Source of the DNA: a virus
Strand: one strand, 5' to 3'
DNA length: 64,000 bases
IMG/VR virus record: IMGVR_UViG_3300009488_000018
Coordinates: 60,328 to 124,327 of that record
The position numbers and the translations under genes are program-made. Position 1 is the stretch's first letter. Every line of letters begins with the position of its first letter. The notes beneath the pieces were generated by a model. It saw only the letters and a program-made list of their open reading frames with translations. It did no database searches and was not told the DNA's origin. This document shows positions 1-10,039 of this stretch, piece after piece.

Positions 1-254
1 GATAAAACGATCATTAAAAAGAAGAAATATCCCATATAAACAAATAAAATTGCACCACGATGGATGTATATTTCTAATTCAACAAGAAGACTTACACAAA
101 TTACCAAAAGATAAAGATGGTCCTTATCTCGGAAACAACCAAAGGGGTTTTTCTATTTACTCTATAACAGAAGAGATGATAGCGGACGTATTAAAATAAA
201 GGTAGTCCTTACTAAACCAAGTAGATAACAACTTTTGAAAGGAGATAGAAGACA

Positions 255-506
255 ATGAAGATTGGTGACAAAGTTTGGACATATAATCATTGGCATAGTT
301 TAATAGAGATAAAAATTTGGTCTATTATAAATGATGATAAGACATATGTAGTTAACGGAGAATTTCTATTAGACAACTGTTCTCTTACAAAGGAAGAAGC
401 AAGAGACAAGTTAATAGAACATATGTGTCGTCAAATAGAAATTAAGAAGAAGAATATTATTCACCTAGAAAAAGAGGTACAAAATATTCGGAAACTAATT
501 TTGTAA
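255..506 (+). CDS. hypothetical phage protein
   Basis: 83 aa ORF with GGAG RBS upstream. Confidence 0.6.
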   Translation: MKIGDKVWTYNHWHSLIEIKIWSIINDDKTYVVNGEFLLDNCSLTKEEARDKLIEHMCRQIEIKKKNIIHLEKEVQNIRKLIL

Positions 507-539
507 ACTAAACACTAAACTAATAAACTGAGGAAATAA

Positions 540-776
540 ATGGGAAGAACTTTTATTGGATGGATAGAAGGAAAACTTCAGGATAAACGTAAACTTCGAA
601 AGTTAGGCGTTAAAGGAAGAATGAAATATAATCTAAATTTAAGATGTTTTGAGAACTGTGAGATCGATGAAGATATAGTAGACAACTTAAGAAAAGAACA
701 TCCTCCATTCTGGTCACCTGCTTTTACTGGTGTAAGTCTTAATGGAAGTCAAGAATTTTTGAATTTCAAAGTATAA
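540..776 (+). CDS. hypothetical protein
   Basis: ORF with GAGG RBS, co-directional with neighbours. Confidence 0.6.
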   Translation: MGRTFIGWIEGKLQDKRKLRKLGVKGRMKYNLNLRCFENCEIDEDIVDNLRKEHPPFWSPAFTGVSLNGSQEFLNFKV

Positions 777-785
777 GGATTAGTC

Positions 786-1160
786 ATGGGAATAATAATG
801 TGGGACAAACCGAAAAAAATGATGACTGAAAAAACAAGACAAAAAAGATTTCAGTCAGACTGTGATATTCCTGGAACTTACTTTCCAAATATGAGTCTAG
901 AAGACAGGAAACGTTGGAAAGGTAAAGTTGTTGGAAAAACAACAGGTTCTCCACAAGTAGAAATAAGAAAAAATACATTTGTTATAATAGTTTCTTTAGG
1001 TGGTGGATACAAATACAAATATTATAGTAGAGACAAAACAAAAAGAACAAATATACATATTGGAGCTTCTGGACCGATCCAATTAACTTTTAAAGAATGG
1101 GAAGAGATGAAATATGTAGTAGATGAAGCAACACAGGTGTTAAGGGAGTTAAGTGATTAG
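786..1160 (+). CDS. hypothetical phage protein
   Basis: 124 aa ORF in a tightly packed run; ends TAG. Confidence 0.65.
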   Translation: MGIIMWDKPKKMMTEKTRQKRFQSDCDIPGTYFPNMSLEDRKRWKGKVVGKTTGSPQVEIRKNTFVIIVSLGGGYKYKYYSRDKTKRTNIHIGASGPIQLTFKEWEEMKYVVDEATQVLRELSD

Positions 1161-1168
1161 AAACATAT

Positions 1169-1245
1169 CGGCGTGTAACTCAGCCTGGTAGAGGGCATGG
1201 TTTGGGACCATGCAGTCGGCGGTTCAAATCCGTCCACGCCGACCA
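1169..1245 (+). tRNA. trnP: tRNA-Pro(TGG)
   Basis: Cloverleaf; anticodon arm catgg-tttggga-ccatg; GGTTCAAATCC T arm; encoded CCA. Confidence 0.95.
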
Positions 1246-1262
1246 TTAAGAAAGGAGCGAAT

Positions 1263-1463
1263 ATGGGTTTACTTGGTGGAACAATAAAAGAAGGTTCTTG
1301 GTGGTTAAATAGCAAGTCAGATCCTAGATGGAACGTAGAAGGACGTTCATCATATGTGGGCGGACTTGTGATGCCATCTGACTGCGAATCTAAAATTGAA
1401 GAACTAAAAAAAGAACTTGGTGAGCCCCCAGACGATTTGGAATGGGGATACATGAAAGATTAA
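1263..1463 (+). CDS. hypothetical protein (start moved downstream of tRNA)
   Basis: AAGGAG RBS before ATG at 1263. Confidence 0.65.
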   Translation: MGLLGGTIKEGSWWLNSKSDPRWNVEGRSSYVGGLVMPSDCESKIEELKKELGEPPDDLEWGYMKD

Positions 1464-1477
1464 GAAAAGGAGAAAGA

Positions 1478-3931
1478 ATGGCAATAAAATATCCACCTTT
1501 ACCAGTAACATTTAATGTTGAGAAAGAAGTGGCTTTTTATTATTCGTCAGTTATTTCGCAAATACTAAATTGCAGTTTCAAAGCGAGATTTAATACAGAT
1601 GGTCTTTTTGAATCGTCTGAAATTAAACTCCTTGCCGAATATAAATGTGGTGTTTCACTAACTAAAAAAGGTTTAATTCAATGTGTTGTACAAAATTTAT
1701 TCTATATCAAAAGGATTGAGAAGGCAGGAGAATTATTACCAAATGTTATTTTTATTGGTAATGAAGAAAACTATTGTATCTTTGATTCTTCAAATTTAAA
1801 TGAGTATCTTAAATTAGACGTAAATTGGTTTGAAATATCTCCAAGTCAAGCTTTTATAAAACCACCAGAAGTACTTTATAACGCTATCGAAAAAAGTTTT
1901 ACTGTGCACCTATATTCATTATCTAATATACCAATTTTAGAACAAATTATTAATAATTTTAGGAATAATAATATAGGATTAAAGATGACAGTAAACAATG
2001 ATAATGTTGGAATGTTATTTGAAGAATTTATAACTTCAAATATTGTAGCGCAAAAATTAGAACCGCATGAAGTGGTAGCATTATTTGCTAGCATTCTCTT
2101 TGGTGAATGTTCTGATATTGTGAAAGATGAAAACAAAATAACAACACCCTTGTCAAACAAACAAATAGTAAAAATTTATCGAAAAAATTACGACTCATTT
2201 TTAAAGATTGTAAAAGAAGTTGGTGATATAAAAATAAAAGACGAGATAATGGCTCAATCAGATCGCCTAATCGAAGAAGTTTATCGACGATTCCACGGAG
2301 AATTCTACACACCAAAGATCTGGGTTAATGAAGCTCATAAAATGATTTGTGAAACAATTGACCCACATTGGTATGAAAATTATGTTGTCTGGGATACTTG
2401 TTGTGGTCTTGCAAATCTCACTAGAGATTATACATTTACAGAATTATATATGTCAACGTTACATCAAGAAGATATTGATATCATAAAACAGAGAGGATAT
2501 AATCCAGAGGCTAAAGCAATATTTCAATATGATTTTTTAAATGATGATGTTCTAGCAGATGAAAATGTACTACCAATGGTTCCAAACAATTATATTTCTA
2601 AACTAGAACAACTGGCTCCAGGTTTAATCGAAGCTTTTCAGGAGAACAAGAAGATCTTAATTATTATGAATCCACCATACGGAGCTGCAGGAGGAAGCAA
2701 GATCCTTTCAATTAGAAAAGAAAATATTTCGAACACTAAAATTAAAAATATTATGAAAAATCAAAAGTTAGCTCACGCATCTTTACAACTATTTTGTCAG
2801 TTTTTATTTAGAATTATTGGATTTAAGAAATACTATAACGAAACAAATATAAGTATAGCATCTTTTTCAACACCAATATTTTTAGCTGGTCCTTCATTTA
2901 AGAATTTTAGAAAGTTATACTTAAATGAATTTAGCTACATAAGAAGCATTTTTTTCAGATCAGATGAATTTGATTCTGTTTCTGGAATTTGGGGAATCTT
3001 ATTTAGTCTTTGGAATAGCGGTAAAACAATAATTCAAGACTCCTTTGTAACAACAATGGTTGACAAAGATACTACATTAAACAAAGTACTATACAATACT
3101 GACAATGTGGAACCAGCTACTAGTCACTTAAAAAGAACAGTTCCAGAAAAAAGTTGGATTGAATATCCGAACTTTAGTAGTGGATTGGTAGTTAAAGAGA
3201 CACATAACTTGTTTTTGAAAAATTCAATTGGTACATTTGTTACAGCAAGTAATGATGTGAATCAATCAATTTTTGTTACTGGCGTCCTAAGCGGTGCATC
3301 ATCAATTGGTGGAATTCCTATTACAAAAAACAATTTTTTAGATTTTGTTAGCTTATTTACTGCAAAAACAAGAGCTCCCAGACACTGGAGTACAATGCAT
3401 GACCAATTTTTAGTTCCTAATAAACAAATAGATGGATATCAACAATGGAATTATGATGCTATTGTATATACAATTTTTAAAGAGGCACAAGTATCTACGT
3501 CTGTTCGTAATATATTTTATAAAAATAAGCAATGGAATATCAAAAACGAATTCTTCTGGTTACCGAACCAATTTATGCAAGATTTAGCAAACCAGAACAA
3601 TTTTGAAGAGTTATACAGAGATGCAAATACATTTAATCAAGAAAGATTTGTATATCAAGAACTACAAAAAGTTAACTTAAGTCCAGATGCAAAAGAAGTA
3701 TTAGATAAAACTATTGAGTTAGTAATAAAAATATTTCCCTATAGAAAAAAGTGGCATGATCTACATCCAGATTGGCATTTACAAACTTGGGATGCAGGTT
3801 GGTATCAAACTAAGTTAATATTAAAGAATGAACCAGATTTGAAAAAAGACTTCGATGATTTTAAAGAGCTTTATAAAAAGTTTGAAGACAGAATGAGAGA
3901 AGGAGTGTATAAATTTGGATTTTTGAAGTAA
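1478..3931 (+). CDS. type IIG-like N6-adenine DNA methyltransferase, probably fused to an N-terminal nuclease domain
   Basis: GEFYTP, motif I-like VWDTCCG, motif IV NPPY; N-terminal DG...EYK; AAGGAG RBS before 1478. Confidence 0.8.
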   Translation: MAIKYPPLPVTFNVEKEVAFYYSSVISQILNCSFKARFNTDGLFESSEIKLLAEYKCGVSLTKKGLIQCVVQNLFYIKRIEKAGELLPNVIFIGNEENYCIFDSSNLNEYLKLDVNWFEISPSQAFIKPPEVLYNAIEKSFTVHLYSLSNIPILEQIINNFRNNNIGLKMTVNNDNVGMLFEEFITSNIVAQKLEPHEVVALFASILFGECSDIVKDENKITTPLSNKQIVKIYRKNYDSFLKIVKEVGDIKIKDEIMAQSDRLIEEVYRRFHGEFYTPKIWVNEAHKMICETIDPHWYENYVVWDTCCGLANLTRDYTFTELYMSTLHQEDIDIIKQRGYNPEAKAIFQYDFLNDDVLADENVLPMVPNNYISKLEQLAPGLIEAFQENKKILIIMNPPYGAAGGSKILSIRKENISNTKIKNIMKNQKLAHASLQLFCQFLFRIIGFKKYYNETNISIASFSTPIFLAGPSFKNFRKLYLNEFSYIRSIFFRSDEFDSVSGIWGILFSLWNSGKTIIQDSFVTTMVDKDTTLNKVLYNTDNVEPATSHLKRTVPEKSWIEYPNFSSGLVVKETHNLFLKNSIGTFVTASNDVNQSIFVTGVLSGASSIGGIPITKNNFLDFVSLFTAKTRAPRHWSTMHDQFLVPNKQIDGYQQWNYDAIVYTIFKEAQVSTSVRNIFYKNKQWNIKNEFFWLPNQFMQDLANQNNFEELYRDANTFNQERFVYQELQKVNLSPDAKEVLDKTIELVIKIFPYRKKWHDLHPDWHLQTWDAGWYQTKLILKNEPDLKKDFDDFKELYKKFEDRMREGVYKFGFLK

Positions 3932-3945
3932 TAAAGGAGAATAAA

Positions 3946-4128
3946 ATGAACGAAGAAACAGTAGAACTAACATTTGATGACATTGAACCTTTACAAAAGG
4001 CTTTAAATGAAATGAACCCCAGTTCGGGTGGTCTTGAATATAAAGGTTTCTTTTGGGACTGGAGGATGGCTCAAAATGCTTTAGAAGATTTGAAGGAAAG
4101 GCAAGAACATTTACAAGAGGAAGAGTAA
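3946..4128 (+). CDS. hypothetical protein
   Basis: AAGGAG RBS. Confidence 0.6.
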   Translation: MNEETVELTFDDIEPLQKALNEMNPSSGGLEYKGFFWDWRMAQNALEDLKERQEHLQEEE

Positions 4129-4129
4129 A

Positions 4130-4345
4130 ATGAAAAAGATACTAATAATGTTGTTATTCCTTGGTGGATGCGTAACAACTCCAGCAACATATAATCCAGT
4201 AGCAGAAAGACAGTTAGAACGTCACTATGACTCACGAGGAAGATACAGTGGTTATACTCAAATAAAGATATATAAAGATGGAAGTGTTGTTAAAGAACAT
4301 TTTGATAAGAAAGGAAAATACATAGGACGTTCTCGTATAAATTAA
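4130..4345 (+). CDS. small lipoprotein
   Basis: Signal peptide with lipobox LGGC. Confidence 0.7.
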   Translation: MKKILIMLLFLGGCVTTPATYNPVAERQLERHYDSRGRYSGYTQIKIYKDGSVVKEHFDKKGKYIGRSRIN

Positions 4346-4377
4346 ATGAATACTAGAACTTAGAAAGGAGAGTAAGA

Positions 4378-5499
4378 GTGAAATATTTTTATCAAATATA
4401 TAGAATAACAACTTACGAAATTTTTATGAACAGTGACAGAACAATAACTGGAGTTACAATTCGTTCGCAAAATCTATGTGATAAGGTTGAAGTCGGTGAT
4501 AGATTTATATGTTATTTATCAGGTATTAGTAGATGGTTTGGAGTTTTAGAGGTAGAGTCAAAAAGTCACTTAGACAAAGAAAAGAAAATATTCTACGAGA
4601 AAGATCCTTTCGTTATTCACTTTAAAGTGAAACCATTAGTATTGTTAGATATTGAAAACTCAATTCCACGTTCTGACCCGTCTCTCGCTTCTACTTATTT
4701 TTCGTCACATGACAGATCTGTTAATATTAAATTATGGCGATCAATTGGTCCATTAGATCCTTCTGACGGTTCTATTTTAGAGAAAGAACTAACTTTCCAA
4801 TCTTCCTCTAAAAAAGTTTTTCCATTGCAAAAAAATATAGTAGAAAATTGCAGATCATTTGATAGACGAGAACTAGAAAAGAAAGGATATTGTACACTAA
4901 GTGAAAATCAAATAACAACCTCCAAGGAGTTATCTGAGCCAGACAAAGAAGAGAACGAAGAAGATATCAATCAAGGAACTAGAGAATCATTAAAGATTCA
5001 AGCTCTCCTTGCCAAAATTGGAGAGACAATGGGATTCAAAATTTGGATACCAACACAAGACAGAAATAGAGTCATCAAAGAGTGTCAAATTAATGAAGAA
5101 TCTGTTCTGTCTACTTTACCTTTTAATTACAATAATATCACAACAAAAACTATTGAACAAATTGATATTATCTGGGTTCAAAAAAGTTATATCGTTCGAG
5201 CTTTTGAAGTAGAAGACACAACTTCAATATACTCTGGTTTATTAAGAATGTCAGATTTAATTTCTTTACAGTCAAACTTAGATATTAAATTACATATTGT
5301 TGCTCCAGATTCTCGAAGAGAAAAAGTTCTCGGCGAGATTAAACGACCTACTTTCGACAGTCTTCCAAAGCCACTACCTGATATATGTAGTTATTTATCA
5401 TATGACAGTATCGTCGAGATATCTAGAAATAGACATCTTAATAGACTAAAAGATAGTATCTTAGACGATTATGAAGAAATAGTAGATCCATTACTATAA
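4378..5499 (+). CDS. EVE-domain / PD-(D/E)XK nuclease-like protein
   Basis: N-terminal GDRFICYLSGISRWFGVLEV (EVE/PUA-like); C-terminal IDIIW...AFEVE..TSIYSGLLRM. Confidence 0.7.
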   Translation: MKYFYQIYRITTYEIFMNSDRTITGVTIRSQNLCDKVEVGDRFICYLSGISRWFGVLEVESKSHLDKEKKIFYEKDPFVIHFKVKPLVLLDIENSIPRSDPSLASTYFSSHDRSVNIKLWRSIGPLDPSDGSILEKELTFQSSSKKVFPLQKNIVENCRSFDRRELEKKGYCTLSENQITTSKELSEPDKEENEEDINQGTRESLKIQALLAKIGETMGFKIWIPTQDRNRVIKECQINEESVLSTLPFNYNNITTKTIEQIDIIWVQKSYIVRAFEVEDTTSIYSGLLRMSDLISLQSNLDIKLHIVAPDSRREKVLGEIKRPTFDSLPKPLPDICSYLSYDSIVEISRNRHLNRLKDSILDDYEEIVDPLL

Positions 5500-5559
5500 T
5501 AAGAAAATGCACATGGTATACAAAACTGGATATAATCACTTTCTAAAAAAGGTGAAGAA

Positions 5560-5769
5560 ATGAGAAAAATATTAAGTTTCGAAGAAGAAAACGGACTTTA
5601 TGTTTGTCAAATGCAATATAAAGAGGAAACTACAGGTGTAGCTTACCTTACTAAAGCAGAATTCTTTCGAGCAAAACTAGAAGAGAAACTTGAGACAATT
5701 GACCCTTCTTTAGTTAACGACTTAAATAAAGTTATTGATCTTACTATAGAAGAAGTAGAAAGTTGGTAG
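5560..5769 (+). CDS. hypothetical protein
   Basis: ORF with AAGGTG RBS; ends TAG. Confidence 0.55.
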   Translation: MRKILSFEEENGLYVCQMQYKEETTGVAYLTKAEFFRAKLEEKLETIDPSLVNDLNKVIDLTIEEVESW

Positions 5770-5775
5770 ATTAAA

Positions 5776-6051
5776 ATGAGAAAGTTAACACTTAAATTCA
5801 TAGATGCTTGGAAAATATACTCAGAAAAAGCACCAGTAAATTATCTTGGACCACAACTTAAAGCAAATCAAGCTTACAGAATTATTGAACCATATTTAAC
5901 TGGAGATGAAAAGTTCTTATTAAGCGTAGCTCGAAATCATTCTTCTATTGGAGAGGGACGAGAAGAATTTGACGATATTTGTAAACAAATCAGACAGAGG
6001 TTAAAGTTAGATGAGAAAACGAGCAGTAAAAGATACAGAAAAAGAAATTGA
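5776..6051 (+). CDS. hypothetical protein
   Basis: ORF in the same frame as the preceding TAG-terminated ORF. Confidence 0.55.
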   Translation: MRKLTLKFIDAWKIYSEKAPVNYLGPQLKANQAYRIIEPYLTGDEKFLLSVARNHSSIGEGREEFDDICKQIRQRLKLDEKTSSKRYRKRN

Positions 6052-6304
6052 TGACGAACATGATTTAGACTTCTGGAGGAATAGAGGTTTATACTTCTGT
6101 ACTAAGTGCTTCCACTCTGCAAAAGAAGCATCAACATGTATCAAATGTAGAGAAGAAGCAGTATACCTAAATAGTCTACGAGTAAGACCTCCAAGACAGA
6201 AAGCATCTAAAATGAGATGGAGAGAATTTTTCGAAACATGGTTACCAAATATAGATTTTAGTAATGCGTGGGAAAGAAGAAAATTGTATCTAAAAAACAG
6301 GTAA
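6011..6304 (+). CDS. zinc-ribbon protein
   Basis: CTKC...CIKC motifs. Confidence 0.6.
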   Translation: MRKRAVKDTEKEIDDEHDLDFWRNRGLYFCTKCFHSAKEASTCIKCREEAVYLNSLRVRPPRQKASKMRWREFFETWLPNIDFSNAWERRKLYLKNR

Positions 6305-6308
6305 AGAA

Positions 6309-6614
6309 ATGGGAGAAATAATCACATACATATCTGATAAAAGACATGAAGGCATTCTCCTCATTCTCTGGATTTCAATGGGTGGTATATCACTTATCTT
6401 CATGATAATCTTTGACTTTCTTAAAAACAACGGTAATATAATTGCTGATCTTGATGGTGATGACATGATAATTATCATAATGTTTATGATGTTAGGACCG
6501 ATGGGCGGTGCTTTCACAATAATAATTTACATGAAAGAATATAAAGAGTATAGAGAGAAAGCCAAGAAAGACGCACGATGGTGGGAACTAAGAGAATATG
6601 GAGGATGGAAATGA
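6309..6614 (+). CDS. membrane protein with C-terminal WWxLxEYGGWK
   Basis: Two hydrophobic segments; paralog of the next ORF. Confidence 0.65.
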   Translation: MGEIITYISDKRHEGILLILWISMGGISLIFMIIFDFLKNNGNIIADLDGDDMIIIIMFMMLGPMGGAFTIIIYMKEYKEYREKAKKDARWWELREYGGWK

Positions 6615-6922
6615 GAATATATCAATTACTTTCTACACTGAGTACAGATCCTAAAATCTATGTTATTATTTGGCTCTTATTACCTACTATAATGATCATG
6701 ACTCTTTTAACCATCGATTTATTCCGACGTGGTATTAAAGAATTTAAAAGAAAATATATAAACGGTTTTCCCTTTACGGGTTGTTTAATATTAATACTCT
6801 TTGGTCCAGCAAGTTGTGGAGTTTTAATAGTAGCTTACAAAAACGCAATAAAAAAAGAAAGAGAAAAAGCTGCAAGAATGTTTCCATGGTGGCAACTCAA
6901 AGAATATGGAGGATGGAAATGA
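6611..6922 (+). CDS. membrane protein with C-terminal WWxLxEYGGWK
   Basis: ATGA overlap; GGAGG RBS lies inside the preceding motif. Confidence 0.65.
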   Translation: MRIYQLLSTLSTDPKIYVIIWLLLPTIMIMTLLTIDLFRRGIKEFKRKYINGFPFTGCLILILFGPASCGVLIVAYKNAIKKEREKAARMFPWWQLKEYGGWK

Positions 6923-7119
6923 AAAGTACATTAATAATTTGGTTTTCAATTTCTATCATTACTATGATTTTAGGTACTTGTATTAATATCAAAAAAAGAG
7001 GTTTTAAAAATGCTTCAAAACAAATACTTTACTATTACCCACAGTTTATAATACTACTTTGTCTTGGACCAGTTACTCCTCTCATGTTTATACATAGATA
7101 CATACAAACAAAACTTTAA
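6919..7119 (+). CDS. small membrane protein (third paralog)
   Basis: ATGA overlap; LGP motif in second TM segment as in the two previous ORFs. Confidence 0.6.
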   Translation: MKSTLIIWFSISIITMILGTCINIKKRGFKNASKQILYYYPQFIILLCLGPVTPLMFIHRYIQTKL

Positions 7120-7134
7120 TAAGAGGAAGATAAA

Positions 7135-7350
7135 ATGGAAGCATGGAAATTAATTATAACTTTGATTTTATCGACAATAGTTGCAACATCATTTGGAGTA
7201 CTAATAATTCCTCCAGAATGTAGATCATTATATATGATATTATCTATAGGAATACCTGTATTAATAATTGGAACAATCTGTTACTTTATCATATATATAA
7301 CAGATAAGAAATTACGTAGAAGAAAAACTAAAACTGGTCGAGTGATGTAA
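7135..7350 (+). CDS. small membrane protein
   Basis: Two TM segments. Confidence 0.55.
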   Translation: MEAWKLIITLILSTIVATSFGVLIIPPECRSLYMILSIGIPVLIIGTICYFIIYITDKKLRRRKTKTGRVM

Positions 7351-7420
7351 CTGGCAGGCATATCGGACTTAAAATCCGGTGGGGTTTATCCTCGTGGGGG
7401 TTCAACTCCCCCCTCGACCA
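7336..7420 (+). tRNA. trnL: tRNA-Leu(TAA)
   Basis: tcgga-cttaaaa-tccgg; long variable arm. Confidence 0.9.
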
Positions 7421-7579
7421 CTAAGGAGAATATATGAAGTTTATACTATACAAAATCGAAAGATTTCTTATACGAATTGAACTTTTCTTCACCGGACACT
7501 GGACATATTGTGATGGTTGTAAAAGGTTCAGTCCACAATATTATTGTCCTTATTGTAGATAGCCTAAAGGAGAACTGAC

Positions 7580-7765
7580 ATGAAAGTATTTCTGACTAAG
7601 GCATTTGATGTTACTATCTTCAGAGCATTTACTCCGTCGCCAGCAGGATTTGTACATGAGAAAGTTGCTAAAGAGTACTGTAAAACATGTAACGATGCTC
7701 ATCCAGATATAGTTTATGCTTACGAGGAAGTAGAAATCTCTGAAGCAAATAGTTTAAAACCCTAG
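7580..7765 (+). CDS. hypothetical protein
   Basis: AAGGAG RBS. Confidence 0.55.
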   Translation: MKVFLTKAFDVTIFRAFTPSPAGFVHEKVAKEYCKTCNDAHPDIVYAYEEVEISEANSLKP

Positions 7766-7848
7766 CCTGAGTGGTGGAATTGGTATACACGCACGGTTTA
7801 GGCCCGTGTGTCTTTGACATGGAGGTTCGAGTCCTCTCTCAGGCACCA
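7765..7848 (+). tRNA. trnL: tRNA-Leu(TAG)
   Basis: cacgg-tttaggc-ccgtg; long variable arm; CCA. Confidence 0.93.
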
Positions 7849-7867
7849 AACATTAAAAGGAGGTAAC

Positions 7868-8035
7868 ATGACTAGTTACAAAAAGGCTCTCAAAAAGTAT
7901 CAAGAGTCTTTCGGAGACGATCTAAGTTTTTTTAATAAACTAACAATATTTCTTACTAAAGACACTCCGACTTACGTACTGTTTTGCCTTGGATTAGTTT
8001 TAATCGTGGGAGTAATTATGTTTATTTCAAGTTAA
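7868..8035 (+). CDS. small membrane protein
   Basis: AAGGAGGT RBS; C-terminal TM segment. Confidence 0.55.
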   Translation: MTSYKKALKKYQESFGDDLSFFNKLTIFLTKDTPTYVLFCLGLVLIVGVIMFISS

Positions 8036-8050
8036 CCATATAGTAATCAG

Positions 8051-8134
8051 GTCTGAGTGGTGGAATTTGGTAGACACGCTTGATTCAAACTTAAGTGTTC
8101 TTAGAACGTGGGGGTTCGAGTCCCTCCTCAGACA
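8051..8134 (+). tRNA. trnL: tRNA-Leu(CAA)
   Basis: cttga-ttcaaac-ttaag; long variable arm. Confidence 0.9.
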
Positions 8135-8159
8135 CTAACTTAGAAAGGAGATTTTCAGA

Positions 8160-8909
8160 ATGAAGTCCGAACTATCATTAACGTTCGATAACGAATTTCA
8201 GTTATGTTTCAAAAGTTTTACACCAAGAGGAGAGTGGAAACTTACACCAATCAAATATGGTTGTCAAATCGTTGGTTTTGGGGGTGAAATAGCAATCGTT
8301 GTTCAATATGTTACTCGTCAGAGTGGTTACGCTGATGCAATGATCTCAGTTACCGAAGTTGATGGAGAAATTTTCTTAATGAAAGAACATGTTAAAACTG
8401 ATAAACTTATTGATACGATTAACAACATGATTAATACAATGTTACCACATGAACCTGGTGAAATACCTGGAGAAAGTAAATCCCATTCTCGTAAAAAAAG
8501 AGATCCTGAAATGAATAAAGAAATATATAATATTGCCTTAACAGAAAAACAAGTAACTGGTCTTCATATTGAACCCAGAACTATTGAGAGAGTTATTGAC
8601 AACATTACCAAACAAGCTACAGATCAGGGATATATTCCCGTTAGAAAAATAATCAGCAAGAGACTTACCGAGATCAAGACTGACCTTGAAAATCTTATTT
8701 CTGAAGCAGATGGAATTCTCGAAGAAACTGATCCCGAATTACATAAAGCCGCTGCTAAAAAGGGTATGGGCTGGATAAATATTATAACAGCTTCACTCAG
8801 TCCCGAGGAAATGAACGTCTTCAGTGAATCAATGATTTACATGGAAGATACTATTCATGTTTTAGAAGGTTCGGTAGACCGTGGACTTGGTTTACATGGC
8901 CGAGGTTAA
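8160..8909 (+). CDS. hypothetical protein
   Basis: 249 aa ORF with AAGGAG RBS. Confidence 0.7.
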   Translation: MKSELSLTFDNEFQLCFKSFTPRGEWKLTPIKYGCQIVGFGGEIAIVVQYVTRQSGYADAMISVTEVDGEIFLMKEHVKTDKLIDTINNMINTMLPHEPGEIPGESKSHSRKKRDPEMNKEIYNIALTEKQVTGLHIEPRTIERVIDNITKQATDQGYIPVRKIISKRLTEIKTDLENLISEADGILEETDPELHKAAAKKGMGWINIITASLSPEEMNVFSESMIYMEDTIHVLEGSVDRGLGLHGRG

Positions 8910-9058
8910 ATACACTGTAAGGAGTTAATTGGTAGAAAGAGGAGAAGAAAAAATGTTAAATTACATAAGAAAGGCAGTTATCTGGTTACAGTGGTATTGG
9001 GTCAAGAAAACAAGATGGAGGAAGTACGATACCACCTTACCAAAACAAGGAGAATGAT

Positions 9059-9250
9059 ATGAAAAAGAAAGAAAAAACATATCTTGTAGTACAGTTAACA
9101 GAAACCGACGGTGAAATTGTAGTCAAAAGAATGACAGGAGAAGAAATAAGGTCACTGACTCAGGATAGTTCTGAACAAATAGGTATGACTATTATTGAAG
9201 GTAACTTAATAAAAGGACCTGATTCTGTTATAGATCTTAAACATTTATAA
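9059..9250 (+). CDS. hypothetical protein
   Basis: AAGGAG RBS. Confidence 0.55.
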   Translation: MKKKEKTYLVVQLTETDGEIVVKRMTGEEIRSLTQDSSEQIGMTIIEGNLIKGPDSVIDLKHL

Positions 9251-9324
9251 GCCGGTGTAGCTCAGATGGCCAGAGCTGGGGTTTTGTAAACCTCATGCCG
9301 GGGGTTCGACTCCCTCCGCCGGCC
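9251..9324 (+). tRNA. trnT: tRNA-Thr(TGT)
   Basis: ggggt-tttgtaa-acctc; GGTTCGACTCC. Confidence 0.88.
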
Positions 9325-9341
9325 CATTCAAAAGGAGTAAA

Positions 9342-9653
9342 ATGTATAAAGTAACACTTGTGACATTAGAAGGTGGTAAAAATCTACGCACTAAAACAGT
9401 TAAAGGGATAACTAATAAGTTACCCAAAATAAACGAAAGATTTTTCATGGTAAGTAGCGCTTTAGAAAAAGGAAAAAGTATCAGAACAATAGATACGAGT
9501 CCTGTAGAAAGTATTGAATATAGCGACGAAAAGAATACAAGAGTATTTAAAACGAAATATTCTAGATACAAAATTACTCACGAAAAAATAAAAGAGGTGA
9601 ACTATGGACGTACTTTTAATAATATCGTCAATAATAGCAGGACTTGCCACTGA
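9342..9653 (+). CDS. hypothetical protein
   Basis: AAGGAG RBS. Confidence 0.6.
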   Translation: MYKVTLVTLEGGKNLRTKTVKGITNKLPKINERFFMVSSALEKGKSIRTIDTSPVESIEYSDEKNTRVFKTKYSRYKITHEKIKEVNYGRTFNNIVNNSRTCH

Positions 9654-9861
9654 TATTATTATTATAATGTTTTGTTTAATAGTATTAACATCTGTTATAT
9701 GTTACTGGAAAGAAATCGAAACCAAATTTGAGAACAAACGTTATAAAAGAATATTTTGGTTAAGTTTTGTTATCATAGCTACTATTATGATAATAATAAG
9801 CTACTCAATAAAAACACCTGGTGAACATCTATGTAAATTTTTAGTCAGCGCAATAAATTAA
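9604..9861 (+). CDS. membrane protein
   Basis: GAGGTG RBS; two TM segments. Confidence 0.6.
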   Translation: MDVLLIISSIIAGLATDIIIIMFCLIVLTSVICYWKEIETKFENKRYKRIFWLSFVIIATIMIIISYSIKTPGEHLCKFLVSAIN

Positions 9862-9934
9862 TCGCGGGTCGATCAGTGGTTTAGGTCACAGGGCTTTGAA
9901 CCCTGCAACGGAGGTTCGAATCCTCTCCCGTGAG
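9862..9934 (+). tRNA. trnQ: tRNA-Gln(TTG)
   Basis: caggg-ctttgaa-ccctg; U1-A72. Confidence 0.9.
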
Positions 9935-9942
9935 TAAAAATT

Positions 9943-10017
9943 GGGGGTATGGTCTAGTTGGTCAAGGACGTCTGCCTGTCACGCAGAAGGTCTCGGGTTC
10001 AAATCCCGATACTCCCG
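9943..10017 (+). tRNA. trnD: tRNA-Asp(GTC)
   Basis: tctgc-ctgtcac-gcaga. Confidence 0.93.
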
Positions 10018-10039
10018 TCAAAAAAGAAAGGAAAATTTC

